Shown piece after piece: positions 31,314-42,648 of a DNA stretch of 64,000 nucleotides. Location of the stretch: NCBI GenBank assembly GCA_025594325.1, contig JANHCV010000011.1, positions 992,001-1,056,000 on the forward strand, read 5' to 3'. Position 1 is the stretch's first letter; the number at the start of each line of letters is the position of its first letter. The translations under genes and the position numbers were made by a program. The notes under the pieces were generated by a model. It saw only the letters and a program-made list of their open reading frames with translations, was not told the DNA's origin and made no database searches. The stretch is from Blastocladiella emersonii ATCC 22665 (lineage: Eukaryota; Fungi; Blastocladiomycota).

Positions 31314-32158
31314 GGTACGGCTACCCGCAGGACAAGGGCCACGGCGCGGTCCCGCCCCAGGGACTGCAGGCGTATCCGACGTACCCGCCGCAGCAGGGCC
31401 AGCAGGCGCAGCAGTCGCAGGCGTACCCGTCGTACCCGCCGCAGGGCCAGCAGCAGGCCACGGCTGCTCCCGCGTACCCGCCCCAGGGGCAGGCGCAGCA
31501 GGGCTACGGGTACCCGCAGGACAAGAGCCACAACACCACGCCGCCCCAGCAGCAGCACACGCAGCAGGGGTACGCGTCGTACCCGCCGCAGGGCGCCGGC
31601 GCGTCGTACCCGCCCCAGGGGCAGGCGCAGCAGGGCTACGGGTACCCGCAGGACAAGAGCCACAACACCACGCCGCCCCAGCAGCAGCACACGCAGCAGG
31701 GGTACGCGTCGTACCCGCCGCAGGGCGCCGGCGCGTCGTACCCGCCCCAAGGGCAGCAGCAGCAGGCGTACGGCTCCGCGTACCCGCCCCAGCAGACGCA
31801 GCAGCACGGCGCGCCGTACGCGCAGCCCGCGCCCGGCGCCGCCGGCGCCAAGCCCGCCTCGGGCAACCACAACATGGCGTACGGCGCCATGGCGGCCGCC
31901 GCCGGCGTCGCTGGCGTGGCCGCGGTCGCGGCGCTCGCGTCGGGCGGCAAGGTCGGCAAGATGGGCAAGATGGGCAAGATGGGCAAGGTCAAGAAGGGCA
32001 AGAAGCACAAGAAGGCGCACAAGCTGACGGGGCTCGCGGGGCTCGCGGGCGCCGCCGGGCTCGTCGGGTACGGGCTCAGCCGCGAGGACGGGGATGGCGG
32101 GAGCTGGAGCGGCGGGTCGTCGTCTGGGTCGTCGTCGGATTCGTCCGACTCGGACTAG
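30434..32158 (+). CDS. C2-domain protein with long P/Q/Y/A-rich tail (1 intron near 30814-30873)
   Basis: LEVKAVGGRELKSVELFGKNDPYL, VWDQTFRF, VWDEDAASDDFIG; YPPQ repeats, (PA)n, polyQ and a GKM/K-rich end. Confidence 0.85.
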
Positions 32159-32253
32159 GCGCGCGCGCGCGGTCGCGCGGTCGTGTGTACAGTGAAAGGC
32201 GAGTGAGCAATGGTTGGTATATAAAGCGCGTTCAAAGCGCGTTCTGTATGACC

Positions 32254-35200
32254 CTAATCACCCCCACCCCCACCGCCAGCGCCGCCAGCGCCGCCGCGCC
32301 GTGCTCGGCTCGTACTCCGCGGCCTCGCCGGCGACGCTCCCGCGACCGCCGTACTCGCACTCCCTCGCCGCCCTCGCTCGAGGAACGCGGGCGCCGCCGC
32401 GGCCGCTCCAGGCACGTCGTCGGCCCAGTCCTGCTCGGGCGACCCAGGGTTCCCGTGCTGCGATGGATACGACCCGCCGCTGTTGAGCACCTGCATCGGC
32501 GCGCCATCGCCCTGGTCGCCGTCGTCGCTGACCGCGGCCGCGCGGTACACGGGCGACCCGGACAGGCCCATCGCGGTCGCGGGCCCGCCGGTGCGCAACC
32601 TCGCGACGGTGTCGCGCGTCCACTGCGCGGCGCGTGCGGTCCACGCGACGGGGGATGTCGTGCCGGCCGCTGCGCCGGCGGCGGCCTCGAACCACGCGGT
32701 CGGTGAGATCGGGCGAGACCAGAGCCCCGCCCCCGCCCCACCATCCCCGCCATCGCGCGTACCCCACCGCAACCTCCTCCGGAGCCGCTGCCCATGGTGG
32801 TCGATGAGCGGGTCGAGGTTCGGTGCGCGGTCGCGTTCCTGGTCGATGCCCAGGAACCCGCCCTGGGCGAGCGTGGTGGCGCGGATCATGTCCTTTTTCG
32901 TGATAAGGCCGGCGAGCGCGCCGGCGCGCTTCACGAACACGTACCGCAGGCCGAGCGTCGCGAACAGCGAGTGGATCAGCGACCCGTTGGTCTGCGGCGG
33001 GATCGACAGCGGCGTCGAGTCGGTGAAGGCGCGCACGTCGATGAAGCCTGGGTGCACGCCTGACGAGGTGAAGGAGGAGGATGATGGGGTTGCGCCTGCG
33101 CCGGCGTGCAGCCGCGGGACGGGAGAGTGGAAGTAGATGGGCAGCGACATGGCGTTGGCTGCGTTGGCGGCCGGCGACGTGGCTACACGCAGACACACAA
33201 ACGTCAGCGTTACCCGCGCTGCACACCCTCGAAGAGAGAGACGTACCAATAGCGTACTGCAGATCGCTTCGAGTGATACACCCCTCGAGCCCCATGCTCG
33301 CAAAGTCATCGACAATCGGGAACGTCGAGTACTTGACGGACCGGACGACCTGCTGGACGTGGGCGAGCGGCATGCCGTTGCGCAGGATGACGAGCTGGTC
33401 GGCCGCGCACATCACGTCCTCGGCGGTAAACGCGAGGTGCGGCGTGTCCTTGGTGTCCATGTACGGGTACGCCTTGAGCTGGATCCACAATTTCGCGAGC
33501 CCGTTCTGCGACCCTCCGCACATGTCGGCGACGAACTTGGCGATGACGACCGTCATGATGGTCGGCAGCACGAAGTTGAGCGCGCCCGTCAGCTCGAACA
33601 GGATCACCACGATGCTGATCGTCAGCCGCTACACGCCACGCACTGTCAGCACGCCGCCCTCCCACACAACCGAGCGAGGGTAACGTACCGTGACCCCCGT
33701 CAACGCGGCCGCCGCGCCGAGCAGCGCGTAGCTGCCAGGCGTGACGCAGACGCGGTCGGCGACCTGGCACGCGGCGAAGATGGGCCAGTCGGCGAAGCTG
33801 TTCTGGAACGCGTTGACGACGATGCCGAGCACGCGCCCAAAGCACGCGCCGACCAGCATGCCCGGAACAAACGCGCCGCCGGGGACCTTGCTGCCGTACG
33901 TGACGACGGCGGTGCTGAACCGCATGGCCATGGTGAAGAGCAGCAGGAAGCACGTCCAGACGAGCGTCTCGTTGCTACATTGTTGGGGCAGAGTGTGAGT
34001 GCGGCGAAAGGGAGCGGGTGAGGGGCGAAGAGCGACGCGTACTCGCACATGCCGTGGTAGTTTTCGTCCTTGCACTCGCGGAACAGGCCGCCGAGGAGCG
34101 AGAGCATCTGGCCGCTACCAAGGGAGCGAGCGTCAGTCGACCGCGTGCCTCGCTAACCGTCGAAAAAAAAGCGTACCGCGAGAAGCTGGTCCAGTACCCG
34201 ACGACGGCGGTGACGAGGGCGAGGAACATGACCTCGCGGACCGGGTGCTGCTGGCAGAAGACGGACCGCTCGCGGGCGAGCTGGATGCGCACGTTCCACC
34301 GGTTGAAGAAGGCGCCGATGAATCCCTACGAGACAACACGCGCACGTTAGCCCTGAGCGGCGCACAGTTGTAGCACAAAAGCGTACCCCGACGACAGCGA
34401 GCAGCGTGAACGGGACGAGCTCGAACAGGTGCCACTCGCGGTTGTGCGAGACCTGGAACATGACCATAGTCCCCGTCTTGAACGGGTCGAACGCCTGCAG
34501 CGTGAGCGTGGCCATGAGGCAGCAGAAGAAGCTCATGCCCATGACCTGAAGCGGGAAGAAGGTGGACACCTCCTCGAGCGCGTACAGGATACCGCCGATC
34601 GGGCTCCCGAACGCGACGGCGATCCCCGCGGCGCTTGCGGACGAGAGCAGGTACGTCGTGACGGCGGGGTCGTTCCGGAACCGCGGGAACAGCCGCGTGA
34701 CGGCATGCCCGACGCACGCGGCGATGTGCACGAGCGGGGCCTTGTTCCCGACCGACAGGCCCGAGGCGACCGAGAAGACGAGGCCAAGGAACTTGACGAT
34801 GCCCGTGCGCAGCGACAGCACGCGGTTCATGACGAACCCGCCGAGGATCGTCTTGACCTCGGGGATCCCGCTGAGGGCGGCGTGCTCGGGCGCGTGGTGC
34901 ACGACGAGCGTGGCGGCGGTGGCGGCGAACAGGACCGCGAAGGCCACGTAGAAGAAGAAGTTGATGGGGAAGAAGGCGCGCAGACCCAGCAGCTTGAAGC
35001 TCCACTCGTGCCAGTCGGCGCACGACCCGGCCGCGTCCCACTGCTCCCAGCAGCACTTTTTCTGGCTCAGGTACGGGTACGTTGCGCAGGTGCCCGACCG
35101 CAGGTCCGCGGCCCACTCGAGCACCACGTCGAGCCACGCGGCCACGGCGCCGACCAGCACCCCGATTATCGTGACGGCGGCCCACGACTGGATGTCCTCC

Positions 35201-35715
35201 CACCACGCGGCCGGGTGGTCACCGCCGCCGCCGTGTCGCCTTCTTCCCGGTCCGCCCGCAGAGGCTGCTGCAGCGTCGCGGTGCCGGCTCCGCGTCAGGT
35301 GGTGCATCCAGTCGAGCGTCGAAAAGTCGTCGTAGCGGCGCTGCCCGTGGTCGTCGTGCAGCACCGCGTCCTCGAGCTGCGCGCGCATTCCGCCCGTGGG
35401 CGACGACGGGCGCGTTGGCAGCGGGCTCTGCCGTGCCGTGGTTGCGGGCGATCCGGCAATGTCGATGGCCGCCGTGTACGGCAGGACCGCGGGCGCGTCG
35501 GTCGATGCGCCCCAGGTGGGCAGCGGCGGCAGTTTGGGCGTGGGCGCGCCGATCGACGGGCTGCGGCCGGGCAGCGCGGTCAGCGGCACGGTCGACGGGG
35601 ACATGGCAGCGGCAGCCGAGGCGGGCCCGATGGCGTTGCTGGCCGCGGCGGTGGCGACCGAGGCGGACGTTCCCCCGCGCGATCGGCCATGGGCGTTCGC
35701 GGGCAGCGGATACAT
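32254..35715 (-). CDS. CLC-family (GEF1/ClC-3-like) anion transporter with CBS domains and non-canonical motifs (multi-exon)
   Basis: RYDDFSTLDW, SGIPEVKTILGG, AVAFGSPIGGILYALEEVS, GAFVPGM, ILFELTGALNF, CBS segment STFPIVDD; the GKEGP position reads GNKAP. Confidence 0.9.
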
Positions 35716-35996
35716 GAGAATGCGTAGCGGGGTTCCTTCTTGCGGGATGGAGAGGGAGGGGGAGAGCGAGGGGCGCACGCGTGCGAAGGGAGGGACCCTC
35801 GCCGCGAACCGGGTGCCGCCGTGTGGCGCGCCGCTCATGTGGCCCTGCTTCATTCCGTCCGATGCGCGTGGCAGGCGCGTCACGGCGTGATTTTCTCGCC
35901 CCGCTTTCAACCTTGACCCGCTCGCTGCTTTCTTTGTGCTCTCTCTTGCACTGCACGCACTGCTACGGATCAACCACACCCACACCTCTTGCAACC

Positions 35997-36952
35997 ATGT
36001 TTGCTCGCCGGCTGATCCCCTCTGCCGCCGTGGCGTCGGCCGTGGTCGCGCACCACGTCGCCACCACAACTTCCTCGTCCACGGGCCCGACTGCGGGGGC
36101 TGCCGCCCTGCTGCCCGTGCGCGCCGTGCACCTCGAGGCCGGTGCTGCTGCTGCTGGTTCCGATGACCGCGTACGGCTGTCCCCACGGACCGTCCGCCGC
36201 TTCAACACCAACTGATGGCTGCCATATGAATAGCTCCCCATCTACGACGCGCCGCCGCGCCAGTACGAGGTGGTCGCGATCCCACCAAACCGCCTCGAGC
36301 TCGCCATCCGCGAGTCGCGCTACGCCCTCAGCGCCTCGCTGCAGTCGACCAAGGCCTCGCTGCAGTCGCTCGTGTCCGGCTGGATCGCCGTCGAGCGCAA
36401 GATCTCGGGTCCGTCCGCTTTTTCCTCACAACCCGCAATCGAGCTAACCCCGCTCCTCCCGTAGACGCCGTCCACTCGGTCAAGTCGCCCGAAGAGCGCC
36501 TGATCCCGTCGTCGCTGTACGTCGTCGTTGCCGCCTTCACGGGCTCGTTCATCGTGCGCAACCGCAACATGCTCGTCCGCGCGCTGGTCCCGCCGACCTT
36601 CTTCCTCGCCGCGTCCGCCTACTTCCTGCCCTACACCACCACCAACGCCTACAACCTCGTGTTCCGCAACCTGCCGCCCGAGGCCCAGCTGCAGCTGACC
36701 GAGGCCCAGGAGCGGTCGCGCGAGACGCTCGACACGGTGCGCGGCCGCCTGTCCGAGATCCAGGGCAAGGCGCGCGAGCTCGGCACCGGGCTCAAGGCCG
36801 ACGCCGCGGGGATCATCCCCGCCGCGATCCTGCGCAACAAGCCGTCGACGGAGGAGGTCGTCGCCAAGGTCGAGTCCATGTACTCGACCCGCGGCAGCCC
36901 CGGCGTCAAGGACGTGATCGAGGCCGACCGCAAGGAGCAGGGCGAGCACTAG
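35997..36952 (+). CDS. MIC26: MICOS subunit Mic26/Mic27 (apolipoprotein-O family), spliced
   Basis: Mitochondrial-type N-terminus; LPIYD, WIAVERKIS, SLYVVVAAFTGSFIVRNRNMLVRALVP, AYFLPYT. Mic26 versus Mic27 cannot be resolved by eye. Confidence 0.8.
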
Positions 36953-37022
36953 CTGACTAGTTTGAACATGGATTTGGTTGTCGTCGTACATACAGCACAC
37001 GCTTTTTGGTTCAAGTTACTTA

Positions 37023-38036
37023 CTACCGCGCCGCGACCACGCTCGACACGGCCAGGTGCGCGACCAGGTTGCCCGCCGCGACCAGCACCAGCAGCCCGAT
37101 GTACGGCAGTCCCGTCAGCGCTACACCACCTTCCCTCGTCAGTCCCGCACCCTCCTTCGCATCGCGCCGTGAACGTACCCCGCAACGCCTCCGCATTCGA
37201 CGCCGCGACGTACGCGTTGATGAGCCAGATATACGCGACGTTGGCGGGCGCGAGCCGCGCCGGGTCCCAGATCACCACCACGATCAGCAGCAGCCGCCCG
37301 AACGTCGACATGGCCACCGCGTCGAACGCGGACCGCCACGTCGTCCGCGCCCGCGCGAGGCGGAGGCCCAGCGCGACGATGGCGAAGAAGACGGCGAACT
37401 CTATCCCCACGTCTTCGGGTCAGCGCGGCTTGCGTGAGAGGGGAGACGCGTAGGCGTACCCAGCACCGTCGTCGACAGCACATCCACGTACTCCCTGAGC
37501 ACCTCGCGGATCACGCGCAGCTGCGGCGGGAGGAGCGGCATGAGGACCTCCGCGGGCCCGACCCACCCAGTCCACCACCCGCCTCCGGCGCCGCTCCGCG
37601 GCACCAGCGTCAAGTTCGCCCACGCCGTCGCATACGCGCCAGCCCGTCCCGCGCGCTCCATGCGCAGCAGCCGCGCGTACACGTCAAACAGCGTCAGGAG
37701 GACCGCGAGGCGCGGGACCTTCGACGCAGCGGCGTCGCCCGCGTCGCCGCCGCGCGACCGGTGCGCGCGGTTGAACAGGACGTGCCGGAACGCAGGCGCG
37801 CGGTGCAGCAGCACGTCGACGAAGACGAGCACCGCGTCGCGTTCGAGGTACGCGTCGGCGAAGGCCGAGCATGCGGGCTACGACGACGTCGTTAGCGATC
37901 GCCGTCGCGGGGACCGAGGCGTACTACTCACACACTGCTCGAGCCGGATGTTGCCGGGCGAGTACTCGGTGAACAGGCGGTCGACGGGCGCGCCGCACTC
38001 GATGCAGACAGTCGTTGGGGTGCATGCAGACTCCAT
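37023..38036 (-). CDS. ARV1: ARV1 sterol/lipid homeostasis protein, spliced
   Basis: CIECGAPVDRLFTEYSPGNIRLEQC, ADAYLERD, VDVLLHR..FRHVLFN, SXFGRLLLIVVVIWD. Confidence 0.9.
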
Positions 38037-38068
38037 GATGATGTATTACTTCTCTCGAAACAAAGACC

Positions 38069-40392
38069 TTAGGCCCACGGATCTTCGCCGTACACGTCGA
38101 GCTCGTCGAGCTGCAGGACATCGACGCCCGACGACGGCGCGGGCGCCCACCCGGCGCCCGTGTGGACCCGCTCGACGTCGCCGTCCTTGGCCACCTGCGT
38201 CGCGAACCGGTCGGCCATGGCCGGGTGCGCGTACGGGCACTCGGCGCGGCGCGTGCACTGGAGACCGAACTTGCACTGTGCGTGGGGGTGGTATACAGAG
38301 ATGTTGTACAGTTTCGTAAGTGCATGGGCGAACGAGTGAGACACACGATGGGGGTGATGGGAACAAAGTGCGTGCGTGCGCGACGGGCGCGGCCGCGACA
38401 GCGCGACGGCGGCGCGAAAAGTCCATGACACACAACCAGTCCGCCACGGCAATGACAAGAAGAGGAGGCGCCGCGACCAGCGCGCGCGTCGAACTTGGTG
38501 GAACATCGAGGAGGGAGAAGAGGGGTGAGCAGCAACGGGATCATGGACAAGAGGTATGCGTACAGGAACCGACGAGAGCGCGTTGTTCTTGGGTGCTGCT
38601 GGAGCTGGGGCCGCAGGCGCTGCTGCTGCTGCGGCTGAGCCGTTGGTGCCGGGACGCGCAGGGACGCCGCCAAACCCGACCTGCTGCTGTTGCTGCTGCT
38701 GGTACCCGCCGTACTGCGCGGCGCCACCGAACGCGGCCCCGCCGCCGGTGCCGGGCGGGAGCATGCCGGGCATGCCTGCGGCGCCGGCGCCGCCCGTGGA
38801 GAGCGGGAGCCCAAGCGCGGCCTGGCGCTCGCGGATGCGCTCGAGGGCGCCCTGGAAGTCGAGCTGGGACCCGGCGAGGTTGGACCGCGGCTCGTGGACG
38901 GCCGAAAAGTAGATCGGGTGGATGCTCGGGCACAGGTCGTCGGGGTGGCGGCACGACGGGTACTGCTGGCAGATGGTGTTGGGGTGCCAGAACTTGCACG
39001 GGTGGGCGGCCGACTGCCCGTAGTAGCAGTAGGGCCAGTGGCGGCACCGCGACGGCACGTCGCTGTTCTCGGACGGCGCGCAGTGCACGGCAGCCGACGG
39101 GATCCGCGGCTGCCCGCGCACCGTCTGGTTCGGCACCAGCGCGCCGGGCGCCCCGCCCGTGAACTTGTCGAGCAGGTGCATCGTGCTGAAGTCGTCGTAC
39201 GGGCTGTACGCCGGCATCCGCGACAGGTACTCGACCGCCACGTCGCCGCGCACGCGTACACCGCTCGCCAGCGTCGCGGGTGGGAGCGACGCCGCGAAAA
39301 CGTCCTGGTACGTCGGGATCGGCCGCGGCACGTCGTGCCCCGGAGGCAGCGGCGGCGGGCGGTTGCGCGCGGCCGCCTGCTCCTCCTGCCGCTTGCGCGC
39401 CTGCTCCTGCTGCCGCTGGCGTTGCTGTTGCTGCTGTTGCTGGCGCGCCTGGGCCGGATTCATGCCCTGCTGATGCTGCTGCGGCGGGCGGTCGCGCGAG
39501 CGAGACCGCGACCGGCCACGGCGCGAGCGGGACCGCGACCGGTGGCGGCGGCGCGAGGAGTCCCGCGCGAGCGAGTCGGACCGGGACCCGTCGCGGCGCG
39601 ACGACGACGCGCGGGACTCGGTCTCGTCCCCGCCGCGGTGCGAGCGCGAGCGGTCGCGGTCCCTGGACCGTTCGCGCGAGTGGGCGCGCGATTGCGTGCG
39701 CGAGCTTGACCCGCGCTCGCGGTCACGGTCGCGGCTGCGGGACCGGCGGCGCGAGCTCGACTCCCGCGTGGTAGGCGAGCGGGAGCGGGAGCGCGACCGG
39801 TTACGACCGCCGCGGCGGCGCTTGCGGCGGCTCGAACTACTGCTTACGGTGGCACGTGTGAGGGAGGGAGGGAGGGCAAAGAATGTACTCTTATGACAGA
39901 CGTACGAGGTATCGAGGGTAATCACAATGGGCGCATCCTTCTTGGACAGCTCTGCGCCGCGCGAGGACGACGAGGAGGAGGCCGCAGCGGTAGCGACGCG
40001 CGACGAGACGGGGCTGCGGATCGCCGACGACGTCGCGGGCTTCGCGTCCTTGTTACTGTCCTTGCGGCTGCTGCCGCTGCCGGACCCGCTCGAGGCGTCC
40101 TTGCCGTCGTTGCGGACAAACTGGACGGCCCAGCAGAAAAATTCCTTGTTGTCCTTGGCGCGGCCGTGCGGGAAGACGTGCGGCACGTCCTGCTCGAGGT
40201 GCGCGGGCGACGCGCCGCGGTCGAGCAGCTGGATCAGCAGGTCGAGCGCGCGCTCATCGGGCCGCGGGTAGCCGAGGTCCTTGATACGGAAGACAATGGC
40301 GCGCTGGAGGTGGAAGGGATGTGGGTCAGCGCGCGGTGGCGGGGCAAGGGTGGCGGGCGGCGACGACGCACCCGGAGAAACTCGGGTCGCAT
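38069..40392 (-). CDS. NAB2: Nab2/ZC3H14-like CCCH zinc-finger poly(A) RNA-binding protein, spliced
   Basis: Small helical N-terminal domain, RS-rich linker, tandem fingers CRHWPYC...CKFWHP, CQQYPSC...CPSIHP, CKFGLQCTRRAECPYAHP. Start is approximate. Confidence 0.65.
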
Positions 40393-40728
40393 GGCCGGCG
40401 GTTCAATCAAGGATACATGCAGCGCGGGAGCGCTGGGTGAGTGTGCAGCGAGTGGGGCGGGCGGGAGCGAGATCAAGGGCGGCGAGCGGGGAGCGGCGCG
40501 GGGAGGGGAGGCAACGGTCGGCGAGCGCGTGCCCGCGCGTGTGGACCAGGGGCATCAGGTGACTGCCTCACGTGATATCGCGACGCGTCGCTTTCGCTCG
40601 CCCGAGGCGTGTCCGCTCACTCGCGAGCGACGCGCCGTGCTACCTAGCGCCATTATTATACTTGAGGCACCTAGACGCTTCGCGTCTGGTTTTCAATCGA
40701 GGGCTAAAGCCCGCGCCACGTTGGGCGC

Positions 40729-40892
40729 TTGCGCCGTTTTGCGCGTGGCAGCTTCGCGCGTTGCAGCTTCGCGCGTTGCAGCTTTGCGCGTCGCAGCTTT
40801 GCTCGTCGCAGCTTTGCGCGTCACAGCTTTGCGCGTCGCAGCTTTGCGCGTCGCAGCACAGCGCGTCACAGCACAGCGCGTCACAGCACAGC
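40729..40892. repeat. 15-bp tandem repeat (GCAGCTTTGCGCGTC and variants)
   Basis: About 10 degenerate units inside the 3' subterminal region of element A. Confidence 0.85.
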
Positions 40893-41099
40893 GCGTTCCC
40901 CTGCTGCGCGATGGGCGCGCTTCAACAAAGGATGGTGCGGTTGGTCGCTCGCGTTGAGTGGCGGCAGGGCACCGTCATGTGTCACCGGCGCGGCATCAGC
41001 AATCGCGCTGCAGCGAGGGCGCCAAGCAAGCTCCTGCATGGCGCTCGAGGCGATGGCCGTAGCGGCAGGAGCGCGAGGCGTGGATCGATGAGTTCGTCT

Positions 41100-41872
41100 C
41101 AGTAAAGCTGTTTGAACCACGCGATGAGTGGTGCGTCCACGATGGCGGCCACGGTGCTTCATGCGTTTTGGGTTGAGAAGGCGCTCGGCGAGCGATCCGG
41201 TGACGCTGGTGCGGAGCCCGCCCCCGATCTAGCCCTTGTCGACCGCCGCGAGGGCGTTTACGATGCGGACGTCGTCCAGTGCCGCGGAGACGATTGCGCG
41301 CGAAGAGTGTGCACTCAAACGCGTACGCTTGAGTGTCGACGACCTTGCCGCCAGTTTTTGGGCATTCGGCGCAGTTGGGGGACTCGTAGCGGTGCGGCCA
41401 GAGCTGGTGCAAACAGCCGTGGGTCTACAGCTGGCCTGCGACCGCGCGGAGCTGGAAGTACGGGAGCGAGTTCGCGGTGAGGGACTCGCTCGGGTGGATG
41501 CGGCGCGTGCTGCCCCGAAGCGCAGTGACAAGGGCAGAGACATCGATGGGGGAGGACGTGATGCCAGCGGACGCGGTCAGAGCGAGCAGCGGGTCGTGTC
41601 GCGCGTCGTGCAGGCGGCGGAGAGCGCGTCGCGGGACTGAGTTGAAGTTGCAGCCGCGTCTGCGCGCCGTGAAGGGCGCATCGAGGTCCGCGCGGACGGC
41701 AACGGCGATTCACAGCGGGAGATGCGCGGCAGCCCTTGTTGGCGAGCGCGTCGGCCTCCTCATTCTCCAAGTTCACAGCGTGGCCACGAACCCTCTCGAC
41801 CTGGAGTTCGCGGGCCGCGATGATCCAGCGGAGCACGGCCCACTCGAGCGAGCACGTTGCGCGGACCCGCAC
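41100..41872 (-). pseudogene. RNase H plus C-terminal zinc-finger remnant of non-LTR retrotransposon type
   Basis: LQVERVRGHAVNLENEEADALANKG (RNase H C-terminal motif), then a frameshift and stop, then CAECPKTGGKVVDTQAYAFEC. Confidence 0.6.
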
Positions 41873-42648
41873 CCACGCGAACAGCGAGTTCCAGCGATCC
41901 GCTCACGAAGACGTCTGCGCCCGCTGCAACGTCTGGCAAACCCAAGCCACGGAGCGACCCGTCCGAGTAACGGACCGCAACTCAAAGAGCGGATCTCTCG
42001 ACCTCGCAGTCCTCACTCGAACTCACGTTCATGGGACCTCGCAAGTCGTTCTCGGTGCAACCGTTGAACTCGCGCCCACTTCAACGAGCCTGCGCTAGCG
42101 GCTCCCAGGTGAACCGCGTCGTTTAAGGATGTGCACTGAACACGGGCTCCGTTTTCCAACACGCACGCCAAGCACGGGCTCCATCAGCAGCTTACCGCGC
42201 TTCTGCATCTCTCACGCTCTCATGTGCTCGGAGTCTCGCGGGCCTGGTCGAGGGTCGGTGCAAAGCGTTAAACGTTCCGCGATGGCCGAGCGGAACAGCG
42301 TCAAGCGACGCGCTTCCGGGGGTTGGGCCGAGGCCGATCACGTGCAAGGCCAGGACGCGTTGCGCCACAGCAGTCACATGAGAAACGACGCGTCCGTCAC
42401 GCGTTTTCGGGTCGCTCACGTGCATGGCGCTCACGTGAGCGTCGGCACCCTATCCGGCAGCGACCCGGTCTAGAAAGAGGGCTTTAGCCCTCGATTATAC
42501 TTGAGGCACCTAAACGCTTCGCGTTTGGTTTTCAATCGAGGGCTAAAGCCCTCGCCACGTATGGTGCACGAGTGGTGGAGGTGCTGTCGCGTGCGTCCCG
42601 CACAGGAGATTTAGGTGATCGAGCTATGGAAATCGTGCTATTGATGGA

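Larger units (their letters stand above)
40656..42494 (-). mobile_element. Helitron2/Helentron-like non-autonomous element A (1.84 kb)
   Basis: On the minus strand: 5' terminal TCGAGGGCTAAAGCCCTC, subterminal inverted copy at 40697-40714, 3' hairpin AGACGC-GAA-GCGTCT, end CAAGTATAA. Both ends are homologous to element B. Confidence 0.75.

Noticed and set aside
42469-42494. Canonical Helitron 3' end (hairpin + CTAG)
   Set aside because: The CTAG lies internal to the repeat shared with 46681-46705; gene orientation and the separate covarying hairpin show this is the 5' end of a Helitron2-type layout.
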